A DNA stretch of 63,421 nucleotides, counting the filler, from Choristocarpus tenellus KU-1152 (lineage: Eukaryota > Protista > Phaeophyceae): assembly GCA_964200185.2 (NCBI GenBank). It is 9 parts of 9 records of this genome, joined end to end, with 100 filler letters (N's around TTAATTAATTAA, not from the genome) between each part and the next. Parts side by side here need not be neighbours in the genome. Positions count along the whole stretch, not along the records: positions 25,120 to 48,577 come from CAXNAD020000245.1; 8 more parts are not named here. One strand, 5' to 3'. The notes under the pieces were generated by a model. It was not told the DNA's origin. It saw only the letters and a list, made by a program, of their open reading frames with translations, and did no database searches. Made by a program: the position numbers and the translations under genes. Of this stretch, positions 26,363-39,200 are shown piece by piece; position 1 is the stretch's first letter, and each line of letters begins with the position of its first letter.

Positions 26363-29300
26363 GCTTGCATTGACCACGGTGATTCACTGCATCATTCACT
26401 GGCAGTGGTTCCTTGAGACAGAGGCCGGCGACTATAGGGAGATGAGGGAGTCGTGGAGGACTGATGAGAACAATGCTCGTCCTGTGGGCTATGATGGTAT
26501 CGACGATGGCGGAAACTATGGTTCCACAGTGGGTCAAGCATACAGTTGTCTTGTATATGGATGGGGGCAGGGGTTGTCTCTTCCCTCCCCCCCTTGTACT
26601 AAACCTGCTTTGTGTTTTTTGTGATGTGGTTGTGGAGTATGGCATAAGAGTAATGTGATAAGAAATTATGTTGTGATACTATGACGTAGTTCCGGACCTA
26701 TTCAGTCCCATCATGATTTTCTGTTTTTCTGTAGATGTGACACCAGGAGGGGAGTTGATGTGTCTTCTAAGTTTGATTCTTTGTGGAATGTTTTGGGGAC
26801 TTGCAAAGCCTTTGAGAACATTGATCTTTTGTCTCCTGCCATGCATGTGCGAATTTTTTTTTGAGAGAGCGAGTATGGGTTTATGCTATGGTAAGAACAT
26901 TGTGCATCTCAGTACATGATGGATTGTTAGTTTTGAAAATACATTTGCAGTAATGGGCTAGGGTTAAGAGTGTGATGCTGTGAGGGGGAAGGGGGAATAG
27001 GAAGGGTGTCAGAAAATATGTTTCATGGTTTTGGTATATTATATGGTTGGTCGACTTGTGTAACTTCCATATTGGCAGTTTTATGCTGGTGCAACTGTGG
27101 TAGATTTCATTTTTTTAGAAAGATCCCAGAGTCAGGAGTTTGAAAAGGTAGCAATGGAGTTCTATAACAGATTTGCATTCCTGTTAGGAATAAGAGCTCT
27201 TTGACTGAGCTAGTGCTAATGAACTACAGAGATGACTACAATTGCCACCTCAAGAATTATTGATGAGTCGCTCTTGGAGGGGTTGTTTACAGAGGTTACT
27301 AAGTTTGGGTCAGAGTTGGATTCAGTATTGATTGTCCACACACTGGAGAATGTACCACTTAATGCCATGTCATGCCCATAACAGTTGAGATGGAAGCATA
27401 TGTAACATGCGTTGTCTTGTAACAGTGGAGTCCATAATATTTGGTGTTTAAATAGTACCCAATTTGTCAACATTTCGCTATTGGAGTAAAATGTGGTTAA
27501 GAATTATGCTATTGTCCTGGAGCAATGAAGGTGCTAGTATGTAGTGTATACTACAGTGGTTAGTTCCAATATTGCATCAGCCCCTGTTTGGTGGAGGTGA
27601 TTTCATTTGATCTATCCCCAAAGGGGTCAGCAGAGAGAGTGCTGGTATGGGTTATTTGTCTTTGAGGGAGGGGCACTTGCTTATGTTAGAATTGTTGGAA
27701 ACTCTCTGTTCACGATATTTGATGGAAGCAGTTAAATGCGGTTTGTCATCATGTGGTGGTTACTTTGATTTGAATTGATTTGATTTGTTACTGTAACGGG
27801 TATTACTGTAGACTGATGTTTTCCTTGAGGTGGTCATAGATCATCACACACACACACACACATACATATATTTGTGCATGTCTTGTCTGTGTAGTATCTA
27901 TTGGGGGGGGGGAGGTTCTTCAAGGAAATAAAACTCCTGTGATGTAAAGTACCTTTCACGTCACTGCCAGTTCTTACCTATATACACAGGCATGTGTTAC
28001 TGTTCATATTTTGGAGTGCTTTCTATTTTGTAGTCCTGGAAGTTAGAAGTCTTGTCTTTTCAGGTTTCATCTCACGTTGACCTTTCACTGCCATATTTTG
28101 CTGAGTTCCTCTTGAATGACCTTCGCCTTCAGCGCGCATGCACTTTCTTGCTGTTATGAACTACTTGTTTTTTGTGTTGTTTTTGTGAGGGTTAGGGTTC
28201 TGATTAAAGGGTGCATTATATCCATCTTGTTTCATGTGTGGCATCTGTCTGCTGTTTTACTGACCTCTCACCATGAATTCTTTCCTATGTACACCCCCTC
28301 TGTTCCTCGTTGTGGTTGTGTCCTGTCTCACAAAAATGCTTAGGATGATGGGGAAGTCCGCCTGCCCAAGATGATTGAGACCCCTCGCCACCAAAAGGAG
28401 TATGAGGGACCATGGCCCATTGACCCTATCACACACCGTATTGTGGACTTGTGTGTACCTGTTATATTCGATTTCATGGTTGTATTTTCCATGGTTGTCA
28501 GCATGTTCGCAAGTGGGTCTATCCAGACTGGTCTACTATCCTTTGTGGAGGCTGGGTTTATTGCAGCTGTCTTTTACACGTGAGTTATCTCACTAGCAAT
28601 GGATACATGATATTCTGGCATCCTCTTTCTCCCACTCCCCCCTCTTTCCAACAGTTGTAAGGTGTTGGACACGCCCCCTTGAAACTGTCAAACTGTTGTG
28701 GATGTCTGTGGAGTGCAAATTCTAGGTGTCCTCCCACCCACTCACCGTTGCAAGACTTTGCTCTAGTGGACTTTCCTCTAGTGGACTTTGCTCTGGTGGT
28801 GGTGTTACGCATTTATTTTTATTTCTACTGGTATGTGATCAATTGGAGGATGGTGCAAAAAATGGACATACTCTTTCTTGCCCTGAACCTTTATTTTTTG
28901 CTGTATCATGTAGTGCATGTTGTGTGTCAGTTTGTCTCTTAGCGGTGGTGAGAATTGCTTACTGTTTTCTTATTTTCTTCCCTTGAACGTAGGAAAAAAT
29001 AAACGTGTATACTTGATTACTGTCAAGGACAGTGGCATTAATAGTAGCTGTAGTACTGCTGTGTCTCCACATTGCTACATGTATAGGAAGGCGGTGTGGT
29101 GAGTGCAATATTTTTTTTTGTGATGTTTTTGCAATCTTCATGTTCGTTGCCGTGTTGATAGACTTTATAATATATTATTATAATATATTATTGTCTTTAC
29201 TAATCACTCGCCCTCGCACAAAATAATCCTGGAAACTCCCTGACAGCTCCTTTTCTGTTTTTTTTAATTTTTTTTATTTAATTTTTTATTTTGAGATACT

Positions 29301-32183
29301 GTGCAGTTGATCACACTGTTTCTTAATGCCGATGAAGACCGAAATCTTGTCGCAAGTTACAGTGTCTGAATCTCTTTCCCCCAAGGTATCAAATCTCTCC
29401 CTTTTTGGTGCTGTAATGGAGTGCTGGTACCCTCCTGAAGATGACTGACTTCATCTTACGCTGGGCCTGTTTCTTACGTCCTTTTCCATCCTTGTCTACA
29501 ATTTCTTACCACAGTAGTATTGAATTATACATTTTTTTTTTGTTCTCCGCAGTGATAATTTATTTTTTGTCATAATTCCTTTCTACTTTTTTGTGTACTT
29601 TAAAAAAATTGTTCTTTTTTACTGTTTTTGTTACCAAGAAAGAACCATGTATGTACCCCCCCCCTAAAACAATACCCAACCCAATCAGGATGGCGTGGGT
29701 GGTCCTCAACCTCTTGGTGAATATCATCCCTAAGATGTACTTGCTGATGCGACTGCTGGAGGAGCGCCAGGAAGTCATGGAGCAGAGGGTGGGTGCCATG
29801 GGGGTTGGGCAATGCCATTGTAATGCCATTGTCAGATCTTTCTTCTTTCGATTTTTCTATTATTTTTTCCAAGTTAAATGAACCTGTGATAATAAAAGTC
29901 CTGGGATGGGTCATGGAGGGGGTAGACGATATGCAGTTGTTAATACTATCACACCGATATGTTGGGGTTAGATGGTAGCCTTAGATCAAAGCCTGGAGGG
30001 ATAGGGGAAAGGAGTGTGACCATGGACAGTTGGGGGTATGACTATTGTGATGTTGCATGTTGGAAGGAAACAATTCGACATTAAAGAGGGTATGGTATGC
30101 ATGCAAAGGTATGATTTTGGACTATGTGTTTTTTAATGACTCTCCATCCTCTACCCCCCCTCCCTTCCCACACATTGTGAAATACCTCCCGACACAGTCA
30201 ACACTATTCCCCTTGACTTGTTTTAGGATGATCCATTCACTCTCTCGTTAGAATGGCGATTCTGATGTTCTCATGTGATTCCCAGCTTCCTTATTATAGC
30301 GGGTGTCTGCTATAACCAATTTGAAGAGTTCCACAATATTTGGGTCCATTTGTGGTGTGGTCCTTCTAGTTTTTTTTTTCCCCAGTGCTTGCACTCAATT
30401 CTCTTCACTCAATTCTGTTCTTCTACCCAACCCGATACACTGTTGTGGTACAATTTTTTTTAATGTTTTTTTTTACTACTTTATTTTTCCTGCACGCAAT
30501 CTTTCTTGTCCTCTCAGTTATCTATCAATCACACCCTGCTCCAATCTATGGTGCATGCACTTTTAATGACATATTCTGTCTAATGACATATTTTAATGAC
30601 ATATTTTAATGACATATTCTGACTCTTGCTGCTCGTTGGTTTGTGTGTGGTTACTTTAATTCTATGTTGTACGCCGTACTTGCAATGTCCTTGTATTGTG
30701 AAATATTCTGCTTGTTTGATGGGTTTTGACACCACCCCTAACTGTTTTGACCTCAGGTTTCAGGTTGGAGAGATTGGAGCAAATTCCAAACTGAAAGTTG
30801 CACATTTTTTGGGGTTTTTGTGTTTGTTTGTATGCTATAGTTCTGGGTGCTACAGAGCGTCTCTTTTGAGGTATTGTTCCAGTGCACTTCTGGTGTATTT
30901 TTATTTGGAATAGCTCTGCCAGTATTGTTATTTTTTTTATTTTTAGTAGTGTGCATTGTCGCTTCTTCATATTTTAAAAATTTTGTGCGAGCAAGTGAGT
31001 TAAAATATTCAATGATATGTTGCATGACTGCCAGTTTTTACAACGAATCAGAGATTGTTGTGGACCAAGTAGTGGGGAGTTGGCAGTTGGGTGGAAGGAT
31101 TTAAGGTATACCTCCGATATTGTAAGTTAACCGCATCATGCTTTCATTTATATTCTGCATTCGAGCTACAGGACCCACTCTATCTTTATGTTCTAATTCC
31201 CTGTGTATGAAAGTAAATGTGTAATACAGTACGGTACAGTATTGTTGGGTGTGATGTCAGAGGAAATGGAACACTTGGATTGCTACGTGCCCACGCCATC
31301 CTTGCTTTGGAAAAACTGCACGGTGTATAATCGTTTTTTTACATTTTACAGGTGACTAAGCTCAGGCTGGAGGAGGACACCATCATCATGGGGTACCGCC
31401 TGTTCCGTTCTATCAAGATGAAGACTTTGAAGGATGACAAGGACCACCTCGACCCTGAACTGGATGACATCGCCATCGTCAGCCAGGTATGTGCTGGTTC
31501 TAAGAATGGCAACAGGTATACCTTAAAAATTGTTGGGTCAGCGATTTTTGAGGATACTCGTGCTGGTCAGATGTTGGGGGGGATTGGTAGATGGATGCGA
31601 CATTGTGAGAAACACCATCTATGTACACAATTATCATTGATGGTGAATTAAACGTTGAATACTCCATGATGTCATCCGAGCTACTTCACAGTTAGTCACA
31701 CTGTTCTGAGATGGTGATGGTATGATGAAGGGTGATACCTACTTGTGTAGCAGTGGTGGTGCCCATATATATTGTGTTGACATGGGAGGAAAGCATCTGT
31801 ATATAATTGTACATAATTGTGCAGTCTCCCACTCGACACAGGGATTGTATCTGTAACCGCTGTTTTTGTTGTGATAAGTGCAGTTCGATTGAAGTTATGA
31901 AGACTCTTTGCATCAACAAGAATATGTATGGGGCATAATTCGTTTTTATTTTTGTCTCTCCTCTTTTGACCCCATTTTGACTCTACTCTCATGGTCTCCG
32001 CTCTTGATTTACCAAATTTATTTATTTATTGGGCAGTTTGAGGAGGTGAACCACGATTGGCTGTGGAAGATATACAACAAGTACCCCTTGCTGTCTTTTG
32101 GGTTCTATGTGGGCGTCTACTTGCTGGCTGTTACTGTCACCTACTTCAGTCTCTACATCGGCTTTTACTTGGTGAGGATTTAG
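26363..32183 (+). CDS. Unknown multi-pass membrane protein, 3' part (exons 26363-26528, 28344-28579, 29689-29788, 31352-31486, 32037-32183)
   Basis: Five AG-preceded exons join in frame through GT-AG introns to the TAG at 32181-32183. Hydrophobic segments include VPVIFDFMVVFSMVVSMFA, LLSFVEAGFIAAVFYTMAWVVLNLLVNII and LLSFGFYVGVYLLAVTVTYFSLYIGFYLV. No family recognised. Confidence 0.8.
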
Positions 32184-32976
32184 AGGGTTTCGTGTTTATG
32201 TGTTTGTGTTGGCAAATGTGGGTTAATGCTGGTTAGTGTTGGGGTAAGGAGAAGGGTTAGTTTTGGAAAGATGTGATATTTGGTTGTACTAGGGTCACAC
32301 GCATGTTTTTTTATCATTGCTTGGAAATGTTTAAATGAAGTTGTGTGGAGGTTTTAAATGATGAGTTGCAAATAAACTTTTAAAAAAGGAAAGGACATTC
32401 CTCTCAGAGGGGAAGGAACAAGGTTTTACTAAAAGTGCTATTTGGCAGTGACAAAAAGAAGTTGATTTACTCCTGCTGTCAACCAGAGGTATCTAACATC
32501 CTATTCTGATGTAAGTAAGAGGAGTCACAAACTGTGCTACCCAGGAAATTCTTGGACCAGCACCTAAATGCTTAACAAAAGGATTTATCTCCTCATGCCC
32601 TTCAATATCGGCATAGAAGTGTCCAAAAATATTAAACCGACATGGTATACCTTTATGAGGAATGGATTTTAGAATGGTGTAGCATAAAATACCACACCTC
32701 CTACATTACTCCACCACTTATTAAGGGCCTGTTATGCGGATACGATGCTGTGTGTGCATCAACCTCTTCCACCAAACAGTTAGATTGCGAACATACCCGT
32801 ACTGCAGCATGAACTTGACGACAAGACAACCCCAGGGGCTGCATCACACATCGATCGCTATTATTGAGGAAATTCAGCACCCCTGAATACACCGTCCAAA
32901 TTAAACCCGGAGTAGCATACATTTAGATTGCACTATTTCCCGTTCGGTGGTTCATTGACGCTCATTTGAGGAAGGA

Positions 32977-33981
32977 TTACAAGCCTATGCGGGAATGAGA
33001 TATTGGAACGTGTTTCTGCACGACTGCATAGGCAACATCGATCTCTACTCACCGTCTGGATTGATTTTGTTGTACATCCCCTCGAACACCTTGGATAACG
33101 CATGGGCACTCTCTGCTACACAGCTGTCTTCCTGGGGTTCTCGCGACGTGATAAGGGGCAAGTAGAGGGCCACTAAGGATACGTCAGCTGCGAAGAGTCT
33201 TCTATGCCCCTTTCTGTATTTGGGAGTAGATGTTAGGAATGGGAGGGATGGAAGGGTATGACCCGCGAGAGAAGTGTACGCTCTATGAAAGCAGTTGTTC
33301 ACCTGATTGTAGAGAAACGCATTTGTCCAGACGAGTCTAACATCCGTCGCACATTCGTTAGGAGAAGAATACTCTCCAGCGGCCAATTTAGCCTTAGTGA
33401 TAGGAGAAATCTCAGTCAGTATAGGAGACCTCACGGAGGGGAGAAAAAATGATCTTATGATTAAATACCACAGAACCTATCTCTTGTAGGGGTCGGCAAT
33501 CGTGCACAAAATTATCTGCACCACCTGCGAAAGGTTCATGCCAATGAATATCGTGCAGGTAGAGATAAGGTGGGCAGTTCCGTTACTAAAAAAGAAAGCG
33601 CTGGTGTGCCACTGCCCCACTCCTTTCCTCGTCAGAACGATATTCGTTCCATCCTCAGTTCTGCTTTGGGTTGCAACAATATGCACAGGTGGATTGACTC
33701 CTATCATTGCACACATATTTCACCTGAATTGTCCCAAGATCCATTGGCTTCTTGACGATATTGTGGTAGTCCGGGTATTCCAGTGCGCTAACAGGGCAGT
33801 TGAAAATCGCTGTGGCATTGGGCCCCCGAGTGGACGGGAATAGTGAATTGGAGGACTTGCAGGGGTGGGGAATGAGGATCATTTCAAGGGGAATATCCAG
33901 TTACATTTTCTTTTCCACAAAAAACTCACATGCACCGTCGCGCTGAGATAACTTGTGTACGAGCTGTGGCATCCTATCCAT
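32977..33981 (-). CDS. Small bromodomain protein (~104 aa; exons 33981-33930, 33809-33724, 33392-33303, 33131-33053, possibly 32984-32977)
   Basis: Spliced product: MDRMPQLVHKLSQRDGASIFNCPVSALEYPDYHNIVKKPMDLGTIQ|AKLAAGEYSSPNECATDVRLVWTNAFLYNQ|EDSCVAESAHALSKVFEGMYNKINPD. The canonical F-x-x-PV, PDY, PMDL-x-TI and N-A-x-x-YN motifs are present and the introns are GT-AG. The true start and last exon are uncertain. Confidence 0.8.
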
Positions 33982-34439
33982 TTCTCTACGTCTAAAGCGG
34001 AAAGAGGGCGAGCAGGGCGTACTTATTCTCTCTCTTATCCTGAAGGAGTTCTTTTGGGGGTTTTCTGTATGTTGAGATCTAAAATCTACAACATATTGGA
34101 CGAACATAGTAACATTAATTTGAAATAGTAAAACAGAAAGTTAATGATACCTTCCACGATTTATCAAAAGAAGGATGAAGGCGGAGTACTTCGTTGTGTA
34201 ACTGGAGACCATACTTGGTTGTCCAGAGAGAAGAGGAGTAGACAAAAACAGATCTGTCCAGGGCGTTTTTGCGACTCAGAGTTCATCTCGAGTTATCGAT
34301 GCCCCAAGCAAGGAATCTGTAGATGAGAGATAAGCAAAACAAAAGGTCGAGAGGGCTCGTCTCGAGTTATCGACGCCCCAAGCAAGGAATTCGTAGATGA
34401 GAGACAAGCAAAACAAGAGGTCGACAGGGCTGGGGACAG

Positions 34440-34932
34440 AAATACTTGTCGAAGAGGAGATGCAGCAAGGAAAAGAAGCGAGGGGAAGGCCGACCAAGGA
34501 TGAGGCAAGGGCGCGCATGGTTGCAGCGGCGAAGAAGCGGGAATTGAGTACCGCCATGAGGAATGATCAATGACTAGGGAATATCATTTCGAAAAACAAG
34601 TGGAGATGATCAAGTTGATCAAAGGAGAGGTGCTTTTCGGTTTGCAGGCACGTGTCCTGCTGATCCTGTACAAGTTCGCATCGACAACCGTAAAGCAGTG
34701 GAAGTGGGATATGACACGTTTTTTCACATTATGTGGAAACTTAGAAGAAAGAAGCGAAGATCTCCAGGACCTTGTAGGTTGGCGCGGTTACGTTCAAGTG
34801 AACCAACTCTCATGGTGCAAGCCCGTTAAATCATAGATTGACGAGGTGGAACTCTACAGTTCTAACAGAGCACTCCAAAGTGAATGCGATCTTCCTTCGG
34901 GATTTGTTCACTTGGGTGAAGACAAAGTATGA
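34440..34932 (+). pseudogene. Possible transposase-type HTH remnant with an AT-hook-like RGRP
   Basis: KEARGRPTK, then after a frameshift TREYHFEKQVEMIKLIKGE...YKFASTTVKQWK, resembling an N-terminal transposase HTH. Stops follow. Confidence 0.3.
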
Positions 34933-35479
34933 GGTGGAACTCTCATTGAAGGGTGTGGATGGGATTTTGATACGTCTGGAATAAGTGTGGAGAAGGGGTT
35001 CGAATCAAAACGGAAGAGAGGAAAGCACGTATTCGTAGGTTCCTGATTGAATAGTGGGGAGCCCTTAATAAGGAGAAAGTTGAAGGGAGAGCTGCCATCA
35101 TCTATATGGACGAATCATTTTGCCATTAGCCGCATGGCTCAATATTTTTCAACCACAACGAAACGAGCTATCAAAAACGTATGCAATGACAAATTCTGTG
35201 CACATCAGTGTTCAATGAGCTAGTTTCTGTGTCATGATTAGACAAAATTGTTGTTTTGCCTTTAGCTGCATGGCTCAACAATTTACAACCACAACGAAAT
35301 GAGCCATCAAAAACCTAACTAGTCTCGTTTGTATCAGCATTCCAATGAGATAGTTTATATAGCACCATTGGTAAAACCATCCTGCAAATATGAAAGCAAC
35401 AAAAATACTCCCCAAAAAACAGACACATGCTCCCCTTGTTCAGGTTATACACTATTGTATACTGCATTGTGAATGGAAG

Positions 35480-35800
35480 GTTCTACTACACCTTGATCGA
35501 CGTGTTAGGATGTCAGCTTTCATTCCATACGTATTTCATGGGTTGAATCAACCTGTAGGAGAGTTAGTATACCACATTTTGACTGCTTCCAGTCAATTTC
35601 CAAGGGCTGAAGTATTTTTTCCTAATTGGGCGCGAAATGGTCGTTATCTTGGTTCCGTTTGAGTTATAGGAACTCAAGTCATCTTCATTTCTTCTGGCTT
35701 GCCCCCACGTTTTTTACCGTTCCTTCGTTGTTGTTGAAATATTCCATTTATCTTACATATTAATTCATTTTCGAGTTATCTCACCCATTTCTTAGTTCCG
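35480..35800 (-). pseudogene. Possible pogo/CENP-B-like HTH remnant
   Basis: Minus-strand KWNISTTTKER*KTWGKPE...LEAVKMWY, with several stops. Confidence 0.25.
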
Positions 35801-36375
35801 ATATTTAGTTCTAGTGGTGTTGTTAACAATTTTGCATGACTGCCTTCAAATCTGTTTTTACCTACCTTTACTTCACTGGAAAGTGGTTTCATGTACAGAC
35901 TTCCACTCTCCTTTCCGTCTTTTCCAGATCAAATGCTACACGAACAATGCATGGTCGATATCATATATGCAAACAGGCAAAGTGTGAGAAAAGGACTAGG
36001 AATTCAGTTGGCATAATATCACATTCCACAAACAATAAGGGTGGGATAGTAAGTGGTGACTTGTCTCTTATCTGTGAAGTGCGGCCATGTCGTTAAAATG
36101 TTGCACACATTTTCTTTAGTACTGATCATACCTACCTAGTATTACTACCCCTTGATGCACTTGAAGGGGGAAAAGGGCATTCAAAGAATAAAGCCATATC
36201 TATGTACAATACTTCACAAATGTCCACAGTTGGCACAAACTGCCAAAACCCCCACTCCACACATATCCTACTCTCTCACTACATGTGAATGACTTCATCC
36301 CTATGTGGTGCCATTTAAACATGCTCTGTACTCCTGGAAATGTGTGACACGTGAAGATTTGCTGAGCCAAACTGA

Positions 36376-36633
36376 TAGTGAAAGTATCATAGAGGGTTCA
36401 AGTTTTGCCCTGTATGTCCATTTTGGGCTTGGCTTCCCTCGGGGGTTTTATGACATTTTCCTACTCAGAAATATTTCGGAGTAGGTAAAATATGTACATT
36501 ATGAAAAGTTGTGTCCGGAATAAGGATATTGGCAGTTCCTAACAAACACAATAGCCAAAATTACATCAAAACCGCAACATTGGATTTTGGCTCCCAAATG
36601 GACGCGGTTCTAACCTCTAAGATACTTTGGCTC
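36376..36633. mobile_element. MITE subtype C
   Basis: Aligns end to end with 22966-23224 and 52913-53175. Confidence 0.85.
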
Positions 36634-36849
36634 TGAATGAGAGGTAGGAAGGGCTGCATTTCAAGGATCCCAACATAGGGCAAAAATGCATCCTTTAGTA
36701 AATTTAGGGAAATAACCTTTGCTTCATTTTAGTGTTATATTGTGTGTGGAAAGGGGTAGTATCAGTTTTACGTACACTATTATGCACATAGAACGATGAA
36801 AGTGAGTGTATTACTCAGGCCACGAAAGATGGCTTAGAATGCAAAAGGA

Positions 36850-39200
36850 TGCAAACCTGCCAACCTCTCAATTGGTTTGGCCTGCTGCATTGTCATACCG
36901 CGGAGATGGACATTGAGAGAATAGACAGCTGTGCATCGATCAACCTTACTGTCTTCATTGCATTTCAGCATGACACTGTACTATAGCAATTGCACATTTG
37001 TACTGGATTGTTGACTTAGAATGCATGATCACCAAACAGCTACTTGCTCAGTCATACTCTTCTGGAAGAAAACCACAGTTGCCTGCGATTGATCCTGCTT
37101 GTCATGTTTCAGTGTCTCCATTTCCTTGGAGTACTCAGCGACATCCTTTATGGTGTAGGTATCTTTTAAGCCTAGAACACATGAGACACTCCACCTTTTC
37201 TCATGCCACATCACAACATATCATCCAAAGCGTAAGGAAGAGGCTTTAGAGATTTCTCTGAGCAGTCTGAAAACTTGTGTCATTAATGCCATGGTAGATT
37301 CTCGCAAGAAACACGAACAGAAGCAATTGGACTTGCAACACCTTGCCTTTCTCGCCCGTCTTTGGAGTAGTTTTCTTCCAGCACTCATGAAGGCCAAACT
37401 CTCCAATCTCCTATATTGTCTCCCTCCAGCATGATTAACTTCATTTCCTGTGTATAAAAGAACCCCTGAAAGCTCAACTTTGTTCGAGTAGTACCATGAC
37501 CACCTCTTCCTGCTACATGTAGCTGGAGAACCTGTTCATCATTCTCATCCATCCACATCAACAAGAGCTCTGTCCACTAAAAAAGTGCTCCCGTTTAGGA
37601 TGAGTCCATGCTAAATGTTTCCGTGCACGATCAAGGAAGACTTTCATGACCTCCACCAACATACTTGCCCTACCCAAGTCGTATGTTTCCATGCCCTCCA
37701 CAACAACAGTTTGTAGCAATATATCTATGGAAAGAAGGGGCTATGTGAACAAAGCAATGCTGAATAGGTTCATAGGAAGGACTTGTCTCCATGAGCTGCT
37801 GGTAGGTTACAATGATGAATATACACTCTTTGTTAATTATCTGATGGAATTTGATCTTGTCATCCATTATTCCCTGACGTGTAACCAAAGACTGAGTCAT
37901 CATACTGCTTCGTGCGTTACTACTCTATATTTTATCCAACTTAAAGATGAACGAACATGACAGTCTAGTTATGTTATTGACATTGCGACAATCGAAGGAC
38001 AAGGCAACTCATCAATACTCAAGAAACTATTAACCATAAACACTCCTGTGTAAGTATGGTGTTGGCATTAGCCTCGAGGACAGAAATTGTCCTCTATCTT
38101 CTGATTGGAGTGGAGTTTTCCATCGAAATAAAGCTTCATGTGACCTTGGTTCACTCGTGACACAAGGTAAACATCCGTACATTGACAGTGTCACAAATAT
38201 GGAACTAGTTCAACAAAGCAGACTTTTTCCACATTGGGTGGACCAATCTTACTGGAACTCATGTGTAGTTGAGATGTAAGGATTTCATTATTAATACGTA
38301 ACCTGTACCTCTGTAACCGTAGAAACTTGGCCTTGGCAAAGATGACATAATTGCAGCATGGTTAAAATATTTCATTGCAATACATATTAACCTGAAAAAA
38401 TCCACTGGGGATATCCTTTTTAAATCTGTGTTGAAGTAGCTTTTTAAAATGACATCAATACTGTACCTGATCTGCATCATTCAAACATCTGCTTGGAAAA
38501 GCTCTGACCATTTTGAAGACATAAGAGCATATTCCAATGACACACAGTGATTTGACAAGGTTATGAATTAAATACCACCTCCACACTGATACACTTTTTG
38601 TCACTATGCTTGTCTTGCACAAGCAAAAACCACTCTTACATTCTTTCCAAGGCAGAAGGTTCCTTAGTTACCTAGCATACTGCTAACCTCATCCTTACAA
38701 CTTGCAGACAACATTGATGCAGCAGTATATAATGAGTTCTTCATGCTCTAAAGCAAGCTTTGGAATGCCACTCCAAAGCAATGGGGAATCTGCCATGCCT
38801 CAACAATGGTGAGTGTGTGCACACAAGTGTTCTGCTCAACCTTACTACTCGCAAGACAATTTCTCCCCTGTTTTTTGGCGCCATATAATATTACCATCCT
38901 TAAAAAGTAAACAATTTTACAATGTGATCATGAAAGGCCAAAGTGGTTGAGCCAACAAAGTATTGAACCATCTTTCCTTACATTAAACTGCACAACTTCT
39001 TGAAACAATAGACAAAAACCAATTGTTTGCTAATCTTCATCTATGACCATCCTTGTCAACATTGACAAGGATAAAACTCTTCCCTTTAATCCGGATGCCA
39101 GGCAAAGGACCCTGTTTTTAATGACCACAAATCTAGTGAAAAAAGTTCTTGTCTCACTAGCTAAATGTGTTTTAATACTGCAAAAGTGGAATACTTTGTT
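36850..39200 (-). mobile_element. Highly decayed Ty3/Gypsy pol (RNase H to integrase)
   Basis: Minus-strand remnants WST-(fs)-VEKSA near 38230 (RNase H WSTxEKEA-like) and LQLHVAGRGGHGTTRTK near 37500 (integrase H2C2 start), in Gypsy order. Confidence 0.35.
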
